Of a DNA stretch of 64,000 nt, positions 38,591 to 52,611 are shown piece by piece (positions within the stretch are counted from its first letter, which is position 1; every line of letters begins with the position of its first letter). The notes beneath the pieces are model-generated. The model made no database searches. It saw nothing but the letters and a program-made list of their open reading frames with translations, and was not told the DNA's origin. The stretch is from Octopus sinensis (taxonomy: Eukaryota), in the NCBI RefSeq assembly GCF_006345805.1, contig NC_043005.1:84196001-84260000 (forward strand), given 5' to 3'. The position numbers and the translations under genes are program-made.

Positions 38591-39349
38591 TTCCTATCAT
38601 ATAAACCACTTCAAATATTATTTTAGCAAGTTTAAAGTGATTTCTTTTGTGGTGTAGACCTTTTACCATTTTTCTGTTGACTCACCTTCCCTCGGTTCCC
38701 TAAGCAGGTGATTGTTTTGCTTAATGGCTATCCAGCACTGATGCACATATTGTCACATTTGCCTAACATCAAAAGTACAAAAACATAAAGTTTCACACTA
38801 AAAGGCAAAAAAAAAATTATAAATGACAACGGTAGGTTTTAGTGCCATGATGTAAATATATTTTGGGAAGCTGGCATAATTGAAAACAGCAGTAAATAGT
38901 CATGTGATGTGAACCTGATGTTCAATTGGTTTAAATTGATGTTGTATTTTAACCAATCAAATGTGTTAGAAGTAAGAGCTCTCAGGAACCAATTTTGATG
39001 AGAGTGAGACAATAAAAGCCACAGGAATTTATATACACAAGGGAGAACTTCTGGCTTTGATAGATTAACTGCTGCTGCTGGTCTCTCTCTTGAATACTGC
39101 CGTGATTACTTAGTCTATACATACATACATACATACATACATACATACATACGTACATACATGCATACATACATACATACACGCGTGTATATATGTGATG
39201 TGAATGCGTGTGAATATATATATGTGTGTGTATGTATAAATATATATATGTTTGTATATATATATATGATGTGCATATATATGTGTGCATGTGTGTGTGC
39301 ATACACGTGTCTATATATATGTATGTATATACATATGTACATCTATATA

Positions 39350-39380
<31 letters not shown>

Positions 39381-40930
39381 TAACACATATGGTCATATAT
39401 ATATATATATATATTCGATAAGTACTATATATATACACGTAAATATGTGTCTGTATATATATATATTTGTGCATGTCCCCTACATACTTGTGCATATGTA
39501 TCTACACTTACACACATTTCCACACATATGCATATGTTCATACAAATATATGTACACACACACACACACACACATGTGCAGATGTAAACATTCAAACATC
39601 ATGTATGTACATTATATATTCAAATATGTATACATTTGCAAGCACATGCTTATACACACACACACACTCCTAATATGCTTACATACATATGTGTGTATGT
39701 GTGTGTTTGTGTGTATGTACAGCACACACACACACGCAATACACAATTCCATTTGTGAAAGTGAAACAGTTGAGAGGGAGTGTGTTGATGACCTTTATGA
39801 ATCCTCCCTGAATTGGTGAAAGTGATGTGGCCAATGGCCTGTCTGAACCAATCTGGCAGATACCCAGTGGACACAGGTCAGTGCCTGGTGTCTAGGGGTG
39901 GAGGACGGGGGAATGAGGGGCATTACTGTAATCTCAGTTTAAATCTATCATTCTTCCATGCACCAGTATATATGTCGTGAGCATATGAATGAATACACAT
40001 GCATACACACACATAGATGCGGATACACACACACACACACACACACACATATTCTCACATATATACACATGTAAATATCCTCACACATATATGAATATAT
40101 ATACATGTATATTTACATATATACACATACACAAACATGCATATATAATATATATATATATTAACACATATGGTCATATATATATATATATATTCGATAA
40201 GTACTATATATATACACGTAATATGTGTCTGTATATATATATATTTGTGCATGTCCCCTACATACTTGTGCATATGTATCTACACTTACACACATTTCCA
40301 CACATATGCATATGTTCATACAAATATATGTACACACACACACACACCACACATGTGCAGATGTAAACATTCAAACATCATGTATGTACATTATATATTC
40401 AAATATGTATACATTTGCAAGCACATGCTTATACACACACACCACACTCCTAATATGCTTACATACATATGTGTGTATGTGTGTGTTTGTGTGTATGTAC
40501 AGCACACACACACACGCAATACACAATTCCATTTGTGAAAGTGAAACAGTTGAGAGGGAGTGTGTTGATGACCTTTATGAATCCTCCCTGAATTGGTGAA
40601 AGTGATGTGGCCAATGGCCTGTCTGAACCATCTGGCAGATACCCAGTGGACACAGGTCAGTGCCTGGTGTCTAGGGGTGGAGGACGGGGGAATGAGGGGC
40701 ATTACTGTAATCTCAGTTTAAATCTATCATTCTTCCATGCACCAGTATATATGTCGTGAGCATATGAATGAATACACATGCATACACACACATAGATGCG
40801 GATACACACACACACACACACACACACATATTCTCACATATATACACATGTAAATATCCTCACACATATATGAATATATATACATGTATATTTACATATA
40901 TACACATACACAAACATGCATATATATATA
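39381..40930. repeat. Near-identical tandem duplication, period about 781 bp
   Basis: taacacatatggtc at 39381 and 40162; the unique core gagggagtgtgttgatgacc...gtcgtgagcatatg occurs twice and differs mainly by 1-bp indels. Confidence 0.95.
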
Positions 40931-40979
40931 TATATATACACACACACGTGTATATATATATACACATATGTATACACAT

Positions 40980-41228
40980 AGGCACAGGCATGGCTGTGTG
41001 GTAAGGAGGTTGCTTCCCAACCACATGGTTCTGGGTTCAGTCCCACTGTGTGGTACCTTGGGAAAGTGTCTTCTACTATAGCCTTGGGCCGACCAAACCC
41101 TTGTGAGTGGATTTCGTAGATGGAGACTGAAAGAAGCCTGTCGTGTATATATATATATATTATATATATGTATACATGAATATGTTCTTGTGCCTGTGTT
41201 TGTCCCCCTACCATCGCTTGACAACTGA
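40980..41228 (+). mobile_element. Family A SINE, 3'-truncated
   Basis: Head to ccatcgcttgacaactgat, then unrelated sequence. Confidence 0.85.
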
Positions 41229-41887
41229 TATAATGTGTCTCGAAGAAAGATGTTCCAGAAGATGGCTAGAAGAGAGTATGGCGACAGGAGAATCTGGAAT
41301 AATGGGTTATGTTGCAAGAGAGTATGTGGCACAGTGAGAGATGGACATATGGATGGGATGAATGTTGTTAGATGTTGTTTATAGGAGATGAAGGTAGGGA
41401 ATGGTGAACAGAAGTGGGTGGTGAATATGAATGATGAGTGAAGAAATGACGATAAGAGTGATAGATGGGGTGATGTCAACTGGGAGCAGCTGAGGGGAGA
41501 AAGTGTGGGGAGGAACCATGTAGTGTTGTAATGGGAAACAGGGCTTGATTTCATTTCTTGCAGCAGAAGGATGGTGCTGTAGATAGGAGAGGAATGGAGG
41601 GATGAGTGATATGAAGATGAAGGGTGGGGTTAAAGGTTACAAGAGCATGTGTGTGTGTGTGGGGAGGAGTAAGAAATGGATTAAACAAGGATGGGGTCGA
41701 TAAAAGTAAGACTCAGGGATGTATATCAATAGGAAGTGATTCAGAGAAGGGATCCAGTTGTTTGGTTTGGTAGAAGGAGAGGAGAGAGAAAAAAGTAACA
41801 ATTGTAGCTTTGTCAAAGATAAATAAAATGAGGGATCCAATTGTGTGTAGGACACTCGGTGAAGGGTAAATATATATATATATATAT

Positions 41888-42276
41888 TTTTTGCTTGTTT
41901 CAGTCATTTGACTGCAGCCATGCTGGAGCACCGCCTTTAGTCGAGCAAATCAACCCCGGGACTTATTCTTTGTAAGCCCAGTACTTATTCTATTGGTCTC
42001 TTTTGCCAAACCGCTAAGTGACAGGGACGTAAACACACCAGCATCGGTTGTCAAGCAATGCTAAGGGGACAAACACAGATACACAAACACATACATATAT
42101 ATATACATGTATATGACAGGCTTCTTTCAGTTTCCGTCTACCAAATCCACTCACAAGGCATTGGTCAGCCCAGGGCTATAGCAGAAGACACTTGCCCAAG
42201 ATGCCACGTAGTGGGACTGAACCCGGAACCATGTGGTTGTTTAGCAAGCTACTTACCACACAGCCACTCCTGTGCC
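41888..42276 (-). mobile_element. Full-length family A SINE
   Basis: gcttgtttcagtcatttgactgcagcc...ccacacagccactcctgtgcc. Confidence 0.92.
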
Positions 42277-42311
<35 letters not shown>

Positions 42312-42471
42312 TATATATAAAGGCACAGGTGTAGAAAGAAGTTGGTTCATAACCACATGGCACCAGGTTTAGTCTCCCTGCATGGCATCAGAGTGCTGTT
42401 GTGAGTGTATTTAGCAGATGGAAACTTAAAGAAGCCCATCGTATATGTGTTTGTGTATGTATGTATTTGTG

Positions 42472-42510
<39 letters not shown>

Positions 42511-42534
42511 TATATGTATATATATATATATATA

Positions 42535-42582
<48 letters not shown>

Positions 42583-42599
42583 TGTGTGTGTGTGTACTT

Positions 42600-42810
42600 C
42601 AAGATGTAACCACATGTGAATCGTTGGTGATTTTCTTCCTCTGTCTTCCTTTCTATTGAACTTCCCTCTGTTTCCGAAGAAGAGTGTTTGCTCGAAACGT
42701 TTAAGCACCTTTCTTTCCTTCCCTGAGCATCTGCTAATACTTTACATGTACCACATACTTGCATTGTAGCGTTTATAGTGTTTGTTGTTGTTCCTTTTTT
42801 CTTGATTTAC
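42600..42810 (+). mobile_element. Family I Penelope pLTR-like fragment with degenerate HHR (42670-42705)
   Basis: CCGAAGA-A-GAGU-GUUU-GCUC-GAAAC-GUU; core U4 is C, stem I weak. Confidence 0.4.
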
Positions 42811-42838
42811 TATATATATATATCTGTGTGTGTGTGTG

Positions 42839-42897
<59 letters not shown>

Positions 42898-43077
42898 CTG
42901 TGGTTGCAGAACAAACAAATATAAGGTCATCCATGTAATATGAAATGTTACGTGGATGACCTTGTATTTGTTTGTTCTGCAATCATAGTTTAATATATTT
43001 GTCTCATTCATTGAGCACTTCTATAGCAGTCCTATTAAACATTTTGTTCCTGATAAGAAACAATCACTGTATTATTG

Positions 43078-43138
<61 letters not shown>

Positions 43139-43159
43139 CACATATACATATATATATAT

Positions 43160-43266
43160 AAATACAAAATGGGACAAGAACACAAAACATCCAGAAGACG
43201 ATACAAAAAACATGGACAGGTCATTCGAAGTCTTTAATCTTCAGTCACTTGTCCCATTTTGTATTT
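43160..43266. mobile_element. 107-bp mini element with perfect 19-bp TIRs in a TA tract
   Basis: aaatacaaaatgggacaag (43160-43178) and cttgtcccattttgtattt (43248-43266). Confidence 0.75.
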
Positions 43267-43409
43267 ATATATATATATATATATATATAGTGGTGTACGT
43301 ACACTTTGTTCTCTTATATATATATATATATATATATACATACACATATATACATATATATGTTTAAGGACTTTTACTTCTCCAGATCTTATCTATTGTA
43401 TATAAAGTG

Positions 43410-43732
43410 AAGGCACGTGGCTTAGTGGTTAGAGCATTCAGCTCATGATCATAAGGGCATGAGTTCAATTCCCGGCGATACATTGTGTCCTTGAGCAAGA
43501 CACTTTATTTCATGTTGCTCCGTTCCACTCAGCTTGCAAAAAATGAGTAGTACCTGTATTTCAAAGGGCTGGCCTTGTCACACTCTTTGTCACGTTGAAT
43601 CTCTCTGAGAAGTACATTAATGGTACACATGTCTGTGGAGTGCTCAGCCACTTACACGTTAATTTCACGAGCAGGCTGTTCCGTTGATTGTATCAGTTGG
43701 GACCCTTGTTGACACAACCAACAGAGTGCTCC
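43410..43732 (+). mobile_element. Full-length family C1 SINE
   Basis: A box tggcttagtgg, B box gagttcaattcc, gtgtccttgagcaagacact module, then the C-type 3' body. Confidence 0.9.
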
Positions 43733-44024
43733 TGTATATCTATTTATCTATCTATCTATCAATCTATCTATCTATATATATATAGTAATCTATCTATCTA
43801 TCTATATATATATAGATATATATCAGTAAACCCTCAATTAGTAATATGTTAAAAAAAACATGAAACATGTAAAGTAGAAAAACAAGCACTAGAACTGCAT
43901 ACACACACACACACACAATTAAAGATGGTGCCAAAGCATGGCCTGAGCTGTAATGGTTAAAACAAACAAAAGCACTAAAAGAACTTATCTACGCCCCCCC
44001 CCCCCACCAAGACATGCACAAACA

Positions 44025-44067
<43 letters not shown>

Positions 44068-44299
44068 ACTAATCAGGACCAAATATTCTAACAGGCAGAT
44101 GCATTTGTGTCCTTATCATTGATATATATATATATATATACATATATATATACATATATACATATACATATATATACATATATATACATATATATACATA
44201 TACATATACATATCTACACATATATATATACATATACATATACATATCTACACATATATATATACATATACATATACATATCTACACATATATATATAC

Positions 44300-44338
<39 letters not shown>

Positions 44339-45502
44339 ACCACACACACACATCTATATATATCATACATATTACATGTGTGTGCATGTGTATATCTAAA
44401 TAAACACACATATATATCCACTCCACAAATAAAAATCCAAGTGCCTCTATCCCAGCATGAAGGACAGAGTTTCCAAGTATTCCCCCTCCCTCTTCCCCAC
44501 CCTTAACGAGTGATGGAAAATGGAAATCTGAGTGAAGTGATGTAGATCTGAGTTCATGTCGGTACATTTGTGATCTGAGATTCTGAGAAGGAATGGTCGG
44601 GGTGGGGGTGGGGGAATGGAGTTGGGGTGAGGGGTGGTTGGCAGATAATAAGCAGAGATTATGCAAATATTTAGGAGATTGTGTGGTCTTCAGTGTAAAG
44701 TGTACAGTGATATGTGTACACTTGTACCAGACTTAGACACACACACACTCACTCATGCATACAGACACACACACAGGCAAACATACTGATAACAACATGC
44801 ACAGGTAAACATATATACACGCACATGCATACAGGCAACACATACACACACAGGAGAAAGAAATGTGTATATGCACACACATGGCGGTGCCCAGCATGGC
44901 CACAGCTCGTGAGCTGAAACTAGATAAAATAAAATAAATAAAAAAAAAAAAAAAATACACATACAAGCATCACACATACACACACAGGCAAACACATGCA
45001 TAGACATGCACACAAATGCACACACATGCAGGCAAACACATACGAATACACAGACAAACACACATATGGGTGAACACATACACTCACACAGGTAACTATA
45101 CCCCCACACACACACACATGCACATGTACAGAGGCAGACATGTTCTACTAGACTGCCAAAGTATCTGATGATGAACTCCTGTTGAAAGGCCCTCCCATGT
45201 AGGGCTTTTAAGAAATATTGTACCAGGTAGAATGAATTTCCTTTTGAGGCCCTCTCTGGGAAAGGGTTTAGGTTCCTATCAACTTTGTTAGGAATTCACA
45301 AGACTCCTTTCTTTGATCTGAACCTTTTCTTGGATTTCCAGGGCCTTGGTTCTATGCACCAGTTAAATGCCCATCTCTATTTCTGTTTCCAGGCAATATT
45401 TAACAGGAATACATATGCTCAGTAATGCAACATAACAACATAGTAATGATATATATGCTACAATGTGCATGCTCCCACCACAAACACACCAGACTTCTTA
45501 TA

Positions 45503-45845
45503 GTTTCTCTCTACCAAATCCACTCACTTTTAGTCGAGCAAATTGACCCCAGGACTTATTCTTTGTAAGCTTCGTACTTATTCTATCAGTCACTTTTGCT
45601 GAACCGCTAAGTGACAGGGATGTAAACACACCAGCATCAGTTGTCAAGCGATGGTGGAGAGACAAACACAGACACACAAACATATACATACATATATATA
45701 CATACAACGGGCTTCTTTCAGTTTCCATCTACCAAATCTACTCACAAGGCCTGAGGCTATAGTAGAAGACAATTGCCCAAGGTGCCACGCAGTGGGACTG
45801 AACCCAGAACCCTGTCGTTGGTAAGCAGGCTACTTACCTCCTGCA
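45503..45845 (-). mobile_element. Family A SINE, rearranged
   Basis: tttagtcgagcaaattgaccccagg..gtaagcaggctacttacc. Confidence 0.85.
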
Positions 45846-46407
45846 CCACCAGAAAAAGGAGCTATTTTTAGCACTAGAGTTAACCACTTAGCGGTAACTC
45901 TCTTATATTTTAAGTATAAATTTGTATTGTCTCCCTGGTTTTTTATGTGCTAAGCCACTTGGTGTTAAACTGATGGTATTATTAAATTAATATCTAATTT
46001 TTCACCCTCATTTATGAATTTATAAATTTAATGATGCTGCAGTAAATATTATATGCAGTATTCGTTTCCACTAAGTCTTACCATGCTTTTGGTGGGGAAC
46101 CTGAATCACAACTATGTATGCAATCGATTGGACCGCATGGGTATTTGACGCTCGTGAGGGTCTAATAAATTGTATCGAAGACAAATGCCATTGATGATTT
46201 ATAGATAAATATGTGAGTATAATTGCATATTATATTAATAAAGAAACAATTGTTCGGCATTAATCTATCTTTTCGTTGTATTTCACTTTCCTTATGTTGA
46301 GGGTAATGTTATTTCTTGGTGGAAACAACTTTGGTGGCTATACCAGAAAAAGGAGCTATTTTTAGCACTAGAGTTAACCACTTAGCAGTAACTCTCTTAT
46401 ATTTAAG

Positions 46408-46442
<35 letters not shown>

Positions 46443-47280
46443 CATATATACATATGCACATATATATATATATATATATAATATATATACTATATATATC
46501 CCCTATATTTATGCGAGCTTGTGTGATCGACTAGACTATTGGATATTGTTATACATCGCTGGTCACAATGCGCTTTGTATGGTTTTAGCTTTTGACTGAT
46601 ACTACCCTACTGGCTAGTCCAAGTGGCCTAATGTCTGTTCCCCCTTATCAGAAGGCTGCTCTGTTGTAGGGTGGCCCATTTACAGCTGAGTGGACTGGAC
46701 CAATGTGAAACGAAGTACTTTATTCAATCACAGAATGTGCTGCCTGGTCTGGGACCCTAGCCCATGATCTAGTGACAATGAGGGCAACACCCTCACCACT
46801 AGGCCATGCACTTTCACATGTATCCCACATTAATCTCTGATTAACTCATATCTAATTAATTACTAAACATTTATTGTGTTTGTTTATTTCTTATCTTTAA
46901 AATATAAAAGAAGCTAAGTCGGGCCAAAGTTGGAGTTTCCTTTCGTTACATTGTGATTAATAACAAACTGAAAATTTAATAAATATTTTGGAAAATGGCC
47001 ACAAACTTTCCATTGATCTTTTGAAGCGTTTGCCAACAGTGTCTCAAACTAACCTTGTAACAACTCCACTGATATTTTAAAATATCTTTTAACAACAAAA
47101 TGCTGAATGATAAACTTTGAAGTCATTGAAAAAAAAATACTAAGTCGTCGTTGTTGTTGTTGTTGTCATCGCCGTCATCATCATCAGTTTAATGTGCACT
47201 TTCACTTGCTCCATTTTTACATCTGCTTTTGCATGGGTGAGACCAGGGGTCAGTCAAGCAGTCAGTATGGAGTCCTAGGG

Positions 47281-47507
47281 TGGTGAGCTAGCAGAAACGT
47301 TAGCATGCAGGGCGAAATGCGTAGCTGTATTTCGTCTGCCGCTACATTCTGAGTTCAAATTCCGCTGAGGTCGCCTTTGCCTTTCATCCTTTCAGGGTCA
47401 ATTAAATAAGTACCAGTTATGCACTGGGGTCAATGTAATCGACTTAATCCGTTTGTCTGTCCTTGTTTGTTCCCTCTGTGTTCCCTTGTGGGTAGTAAAG
47501 AAATAAG
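47281..47507 (+). mobile_element. Full-length family B SINE
   Basis: ggtgagctagcagaaacgttagc..ctgagttcaaattccgctgaggtcgcctttgcctttcatcctttcagggtcaattaaataagtaccag. Confidence 0.9.
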
Positions 47508-47769
47508 TATTGAGTCCTAGGGGTCTATGTAGCTATCTAAGACATTGATAAACACCTGAAACGATTTTGATCATTAAGGGTGCTGAATAAATAGTGAACT
47601 GAATCTGGAAGAGTGTGGGTAATTTAAGGGTAAAACTCACTAATTTACAGTCAAATATCAATACAACATTAGTGTTTACCAAACACATATTATATCTCAA
47701 GTATTTTGATTGTATTAAGTCAGGTCTGAATTAGGGGCCTACATCATTGCTGTGTGTTGCTGCATTCAA

Positions 47770-48030
47770 CATTCATTGATATATATTACTGGATCCTCCT
47801 GGGGAACCCCTTGAGCAGAGGGTCAGTTCCCATCTCCACAAGATACCTCCTCATCTGTCACGACCACGGGGCATGTGGTTGACCAATACAACCCAGTTGG
47901 ATCCTCAATGAATAGAACATTGTAAGCAGGGTCCAGCTTGGGTCATTGAGGAACATGACCACTCAGTTTGAGTTGGCACGCTTGAATCATACAAGGGACT
48001 GGATGCATCCCAGTTTCTGGTTTCAGTCTT
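47770..48030 (-). mobile_element. RTE-clade LINE 3' relic
   Basis: Minus strand IQACQLKLSGHVPQ*PKLDPAYNVLFIEDPTG/GQPHAPWS*QMRRYLVEMG matches the RTE C-terminal RLxxxGHV..DP..RGRP..W pattern; stops and a frameshift. Confidence 0.7.
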
Positions 48031-48114
48031 GACTGTATTGATATAATATCATTAAATTTTATTCTTTATCAATTTTGTTGAGCATTTTCATTAAATTTCT
48101 TTAAATATTTCTTA

Positions 48115-48710
48115 TTAACACGTTGCCTGCCACAGGATATTGATATGACCTGCTTCTATTTGCCAAAAGGGTTTTTATTAACTTTCTCAAATCAGAAAGC
48201 TGAAATATTTTGTGTGGTGGTATATAGGTACATAATACATGTAATCACACTACAATGTCGTGATACAAGTTATCTCATAGTAATGCAAAATGCTCAGATT
48301 GGTTTGCTACGAAGGTTTTGAGGGGATGTTATTCATTATTTGACTATGTCTCTTCATTGTATGTTTTCTTTATTTTTTTCAGATTCATAAAGAACTATTA
48401 TAAATTTTGATTTGTAATATATAAGATGCCAAAAAGCCTTTCCAATGAAAAAATTGCTGGAATGCTTCAGGAACCCGCAGAAAATGAACTATCGGAAGAT
48501 GATATCTTAGAGTTAGAGAGTGAATACTAAGATGCTTTGGATAAAAATTATGTAGCAAATACCAGTGGCAGTAAATACCAATGAGGCCAGTTCCACTGAC
48601 AAAGATGAACAATTAGTTGCTCGAGGTTTTAAGAGACAAGACAATTCTCTTGCACCAACAGCACCAAGTTCTTCAGCACCAATTGCATCGACATCAAATA
48701 CTTATACCTG
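48115..48710 (+). pseudogene. Possible piggyBac-like 5' relic
   Basis: TTAA-CACGTT start, then 48426-48530 MPKSLSNEKIAGMLQEPAENELSEDDILELESEY*, an acidic N-terminus typical of piggyBac transposases; no catalytic domain or second TIR seen. Confidence 0.3.
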
Positions 48711-49309
48711 ATATATTATATATATATATATCTATTATATATATATATATAGATATATATAATTATATATATATTATATATATATATATATATTATAGAT
48801 TATTACCAAATATATTTCCTGGCTGGTGCCATGATATGAGTTAACTCGTATTATTGGGAAAATCAAAGTTGTCTTTGGTGTTTCCACTACACACTCACAA
48901 TGTTAGATCCAGGCGCCAGTTCATTTTAAGCTTGTTACAATAAAATAGAACTCTACGAGTATGCTCCTACCTGGCAAAATTGTATAGATTGGCTACTACG
49001 AGATAACTCGTTGTTGGCAGTCAAAATGTTAAAAAGCAGTAACAACAGAAAAATGAATGAAAGAATTATTGTTTTGAATTGTTGTTTTAAAAATTTACAT
49101 GATGAGGAGGAGGTTAATAAACTATCAAAAATTCCAGTGATATAATAGGTTTGCCGACCCCTGTGTTGGCTGAATATGTGGTCAAGACAGAGTCAACCAT
49201 GGCAGAATTTGAACTTAGAATTTAAAGACAACAAAATGTTGCTAAGCATTTTACCTGGTGAGTTAGCAATTCTGTCATTAGCTGCCTTCATATTAACAAC
49301 AACAACAAC

Positions 49310-49677
49310 AACAAGAGCACTCAGAAAGCACAAACCTCTGCCAAGGCAACACCAACATCCTCTCAATGATTAGCTGGAGATGATTTTTAAAATGAGAATA
49401 TCTGAAATAAACTTAATTGCTTTCACAAATGAGAATACTAAAAATAAACCTGACTGCTCTCAAAAATTAAGTAAAAAAAGCAGGAAAAATATTCCAGAAT
49501 CGTTGTCCAGTACCGGATCGATCCCAAAATCTAGCCTGTTCATGCCAGTAACAAGGCCAAACATCCCTGACAGTTTCCTCTGAATCCATCCAACGGTTCT
49601 TGAGATATCTTGTCCACAGACAAACAAACAAACACAACTGAAAACAATACCTTTGCCTTCACTAAGGTGGAGGTAAT
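49310..49677 (+). mobile_element. Helentron-associated non-autonomous element (HINE-like)
   Basis: 5' aacaagagcactcag..aacctctgccaaggc; (ACAA)n; 3' hairpin tacctttgcc-ttcactaa-ggtggaggta (49648-49675). Confidence 0.6.
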
Positions 49678-49987
49678 AATGATTTCAAATTTTGGTACAA
49701 GGCCAGCAATTTAGGGGTGGGGCTAAGACGATTGCATCAACCCCAATGTTCAACTGGTACTTATTTTATTGACCCCAAAAGGATGAAAGGTAAACGGGAC
49801 CTCGACAGAATTTAATAAACATCAAAGTTTAAAAAGCAAAAATTATCTATATAATTATGTGTGTGTGTGGGTGTTTGGCGGATATTAATTTGCATATCTT
49901 TCAACAAAAGTTCCAGAAGCAAAAACGAAAATAATATAAGTATTAAAAAACTGCTGCACTCACACACACACGCACACACACACGCAC

Positions 49988-50029
<42 letters not shown>

Positions 50030-50479
50030 CGCGCGCACACACACACACGCACATACACACACACGCACACACGCACACACACACGCGCACACACATGCAC
50101 ACATGCAAATACAAAAAATACAAAAAAGAAGAAAAAAAGTAAAAAGCAAAAGGATCCTAATGAACTGAATCAGATTAGTTTTGCGTTAATTAGTTATTTT
50201 ATGAAATATGTTTTCTGTGTGTCTGCTGGGCAAAGATTCAGTTTAAGAAAATAGAAACTAAATCAGTAACCGTGTGTTGTGTGTGTGTGTGTGTATGTAT
50301 ATGTTGTGTGTGTGTGTGTGCAGTGGGTGTGTGTGTGTGTGTGTGTGTGTGCAGTGGGTGTTTTGTGTGTGTGTGTGTGTGTGCAGTGGGTATGTGTGCA
50401 GTGGGGTTTAGTCATGTAGTTTCTCAGCTCCAACAGGAATGAAACGATGTGTAATGAACAGAAACACTATACTATGAAA

Positions 50480-50750
50480 ACAATGCAAGCTGCGGGTTGC
50501 GCATATAATGCGCTCGGCAACATTTCACGTACGACAGCAAATGCACTCGAAAGATCCGCAGACGTAAAATAATATTCTTCGCATGCAGCAGCTGATGGGG
50601 TCGGCGAGAAGGGGTCGTGTCGTAGACATTTGTAACCGAAACGGAAAAGAAAGAAAATTGTGCAATCAGCAATTGAGGTGCATCGCCGTATTGTTGGCGG
50701 CGGGGGATGCGGGGTGGGGCAATGTTTGTCAGTGGTGGTGGTCACGGCAG
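50480..50750. promoter_or_regulatory. CpG-rich non-repetitive island (candidate regulatory or promoter region)
   Basis: About 22 CpGs in about 270 bp by manual count, in an otherwise CpG-depleted window. Confidence 0.35.
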
Positions 50751-51250
50751 TGTAATATTTTGCAGGTGAACCCTGGCTGGGTTTGTACTCAGGAAGTGTC
50801 AGAGAAACCAAATGTTTACCAATGGGATCGCCCATTGTTATTGTTGCATCTTTTATGGTTTTACTGACTGACCCAGGCTGTTGGTGTTGTTGTTGTTGGT
50901 GCTGTTGTTATTGTTGCTGTTGTTTAGCCCCAGGTTTCCCTAAGATTAACAACCGAAACCACTGGTTACTGAGTTCAAAACTATAGCAAAACATACTCCA
51001 CTGCTTTGTTTTACATATGCATATATATGTGTGTATATGTGTATGTATGTATATATATGTGTATATGTGCATATATATGTATATATGTGTATATATGTAT
51101 ATATGTATATATATGGGTATATGTGTATATTTGTGTATATGTGTATATATGTATATATATGGGTATATGTGTATATATGTGTATATTTGTGTATATGTAT
51201 ATATATATGTGTATATATGCATATATATGTGTGTATATGTGTATATAGGT

Positions 51251-51406
51251 GTAAGCGTGGTTGTGTGGTGAAAATTTTCCTTCCCAACCAAATGGCTTCA
51301 GGTTCAGTCCCAGTGTGTGACATTTTGGGTGCTTTCTAACATATCCCTGGACTGGTCAAAGTCTTGTGAGTGGATTTGGTAGATGGAAACTGAAAGAAGC
51401 CTGCTG

Positions 51407-51461
<55 letters not shown>

Positions 51462-51728
51462 GGTATGTATGTATATGTATGTGTATGTGTGTGTGCATGT
51501 GTGTGTGTGTTTGTGTCTGTGTTTGTTCTCCACCACTGCATGACAAGAGGTGTTGGTGTGTTTATGTCCCTGTAACTTAGCAGTTCGGCAAAAGAGAATG
51601 ATCGAATAAAGTACCTGGCTTAACCAAAAGAATCTAAGTACTGAAGCTGATTCGTTCAATTAAAATTCTTCGAGGTTGTGCCCCAGCATGGCCACAGTCT
51701 AATGACTGAAACAAATAAAGGATAAAAG
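51251..51728 (+). mobile_element. Family A SINE with expanded internal microsatellite
   Basis: Head ttcagtcccagtgtgtgacatt..; tail ccccagcatggccacagtctaatgactgaaac; inverted tail at 51750-51990. Confidence 0.85.
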
Positions 51729-52099
51729 TTGTGAGTGTGTGTGTATACATGAGTTCTTTTATTTCAGTCTATGGAGTGTGGCTATACTGGAGCACCACCT
51801 CAACGAGTTTAGTTTGAACAAATGATTGCCCCACCACCACCACCACCCCATTACTTATTTCTTATGTCTGGTGCCTGTTCATTTGCTCCTTTTTTTACTG
51901 GAGTGCTAAGTTATGGAGACATAAACAAACCAACACTGGTTGTCAAAGTGTGGGTAAGACAAATACGAACCAACACACACACATACACACATATGAGGGG
52001 CTGTTGTAAAGTCGATAGCTTTGGGTAAAAGAAAATACAGGAGGATCAGTTAATTATGATTTTATTCAACGTATTCCCTTCTCAGATTCACACACTTAT

Positions 52100-52292
52100 T
52101 GCAGTGGTCCTTCAGTGGTCCTTCAATAGTCCTTCAGTGGTCCTTCAATAGTCCTTCAGTAATCCTTCAGTGGTCCTTCAGTAGTCCACCAGTGGTCCTT
52201 CAGTGGTCCTGCCGTGGTCCTTCAGTGGTCCTGCCGTGGTCCAGTGGTGGTCCTTCAGTGGTCTTCCAGTGGTCCACCAGAGGTCCTTCAGT
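52100..52292. repeat. 11-bp minisatellite (cagtggtcctt)n, about 17 degenerate units
   Basis: Direct reading; starts inside the mariner-like MITE at 51993. Confidence 0.92.
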
Positions 52293-52611
52293 CTGCCAAA
52301 TTCCTTTGCAAGAAGAGCTATGTGTTTGAGGGACAGAGCATAAATGTGCTGTGAGAGAGAGCCTTTGTATGGCTGGTTATTAAGGGTAGTGTACAAGAGA
52401 AAAAGTAGCTTGGAAGGGTATGGAGATATGGTACTGGTGCAGGCAGAGGGAACCTGTGGAAGGGGGACAACAAAGAAGATGTGGGTGGAATGATGAGCCT
52501 CACTCACTTGGCTCTGCATTGGTTAAGATGACAAATGCCTAGTTGATCTGATCAACAGAACAGCCGCTCATGAAATCAACATGTAGGTGGCTGAGCGCTC
52601 CACAGACATAC

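Noticed and set aside
45165-45230. CUGAUGA...GAAA with a GCCCU/AGGGC hairpin
   Set aside because: Stem I cannot form, and there are extra bases before stem II.
50588-50645. CUGAUGG...CCGAAAC in the CpG island
   Set aside because: No NUH triplet or stem III/I; chance match.
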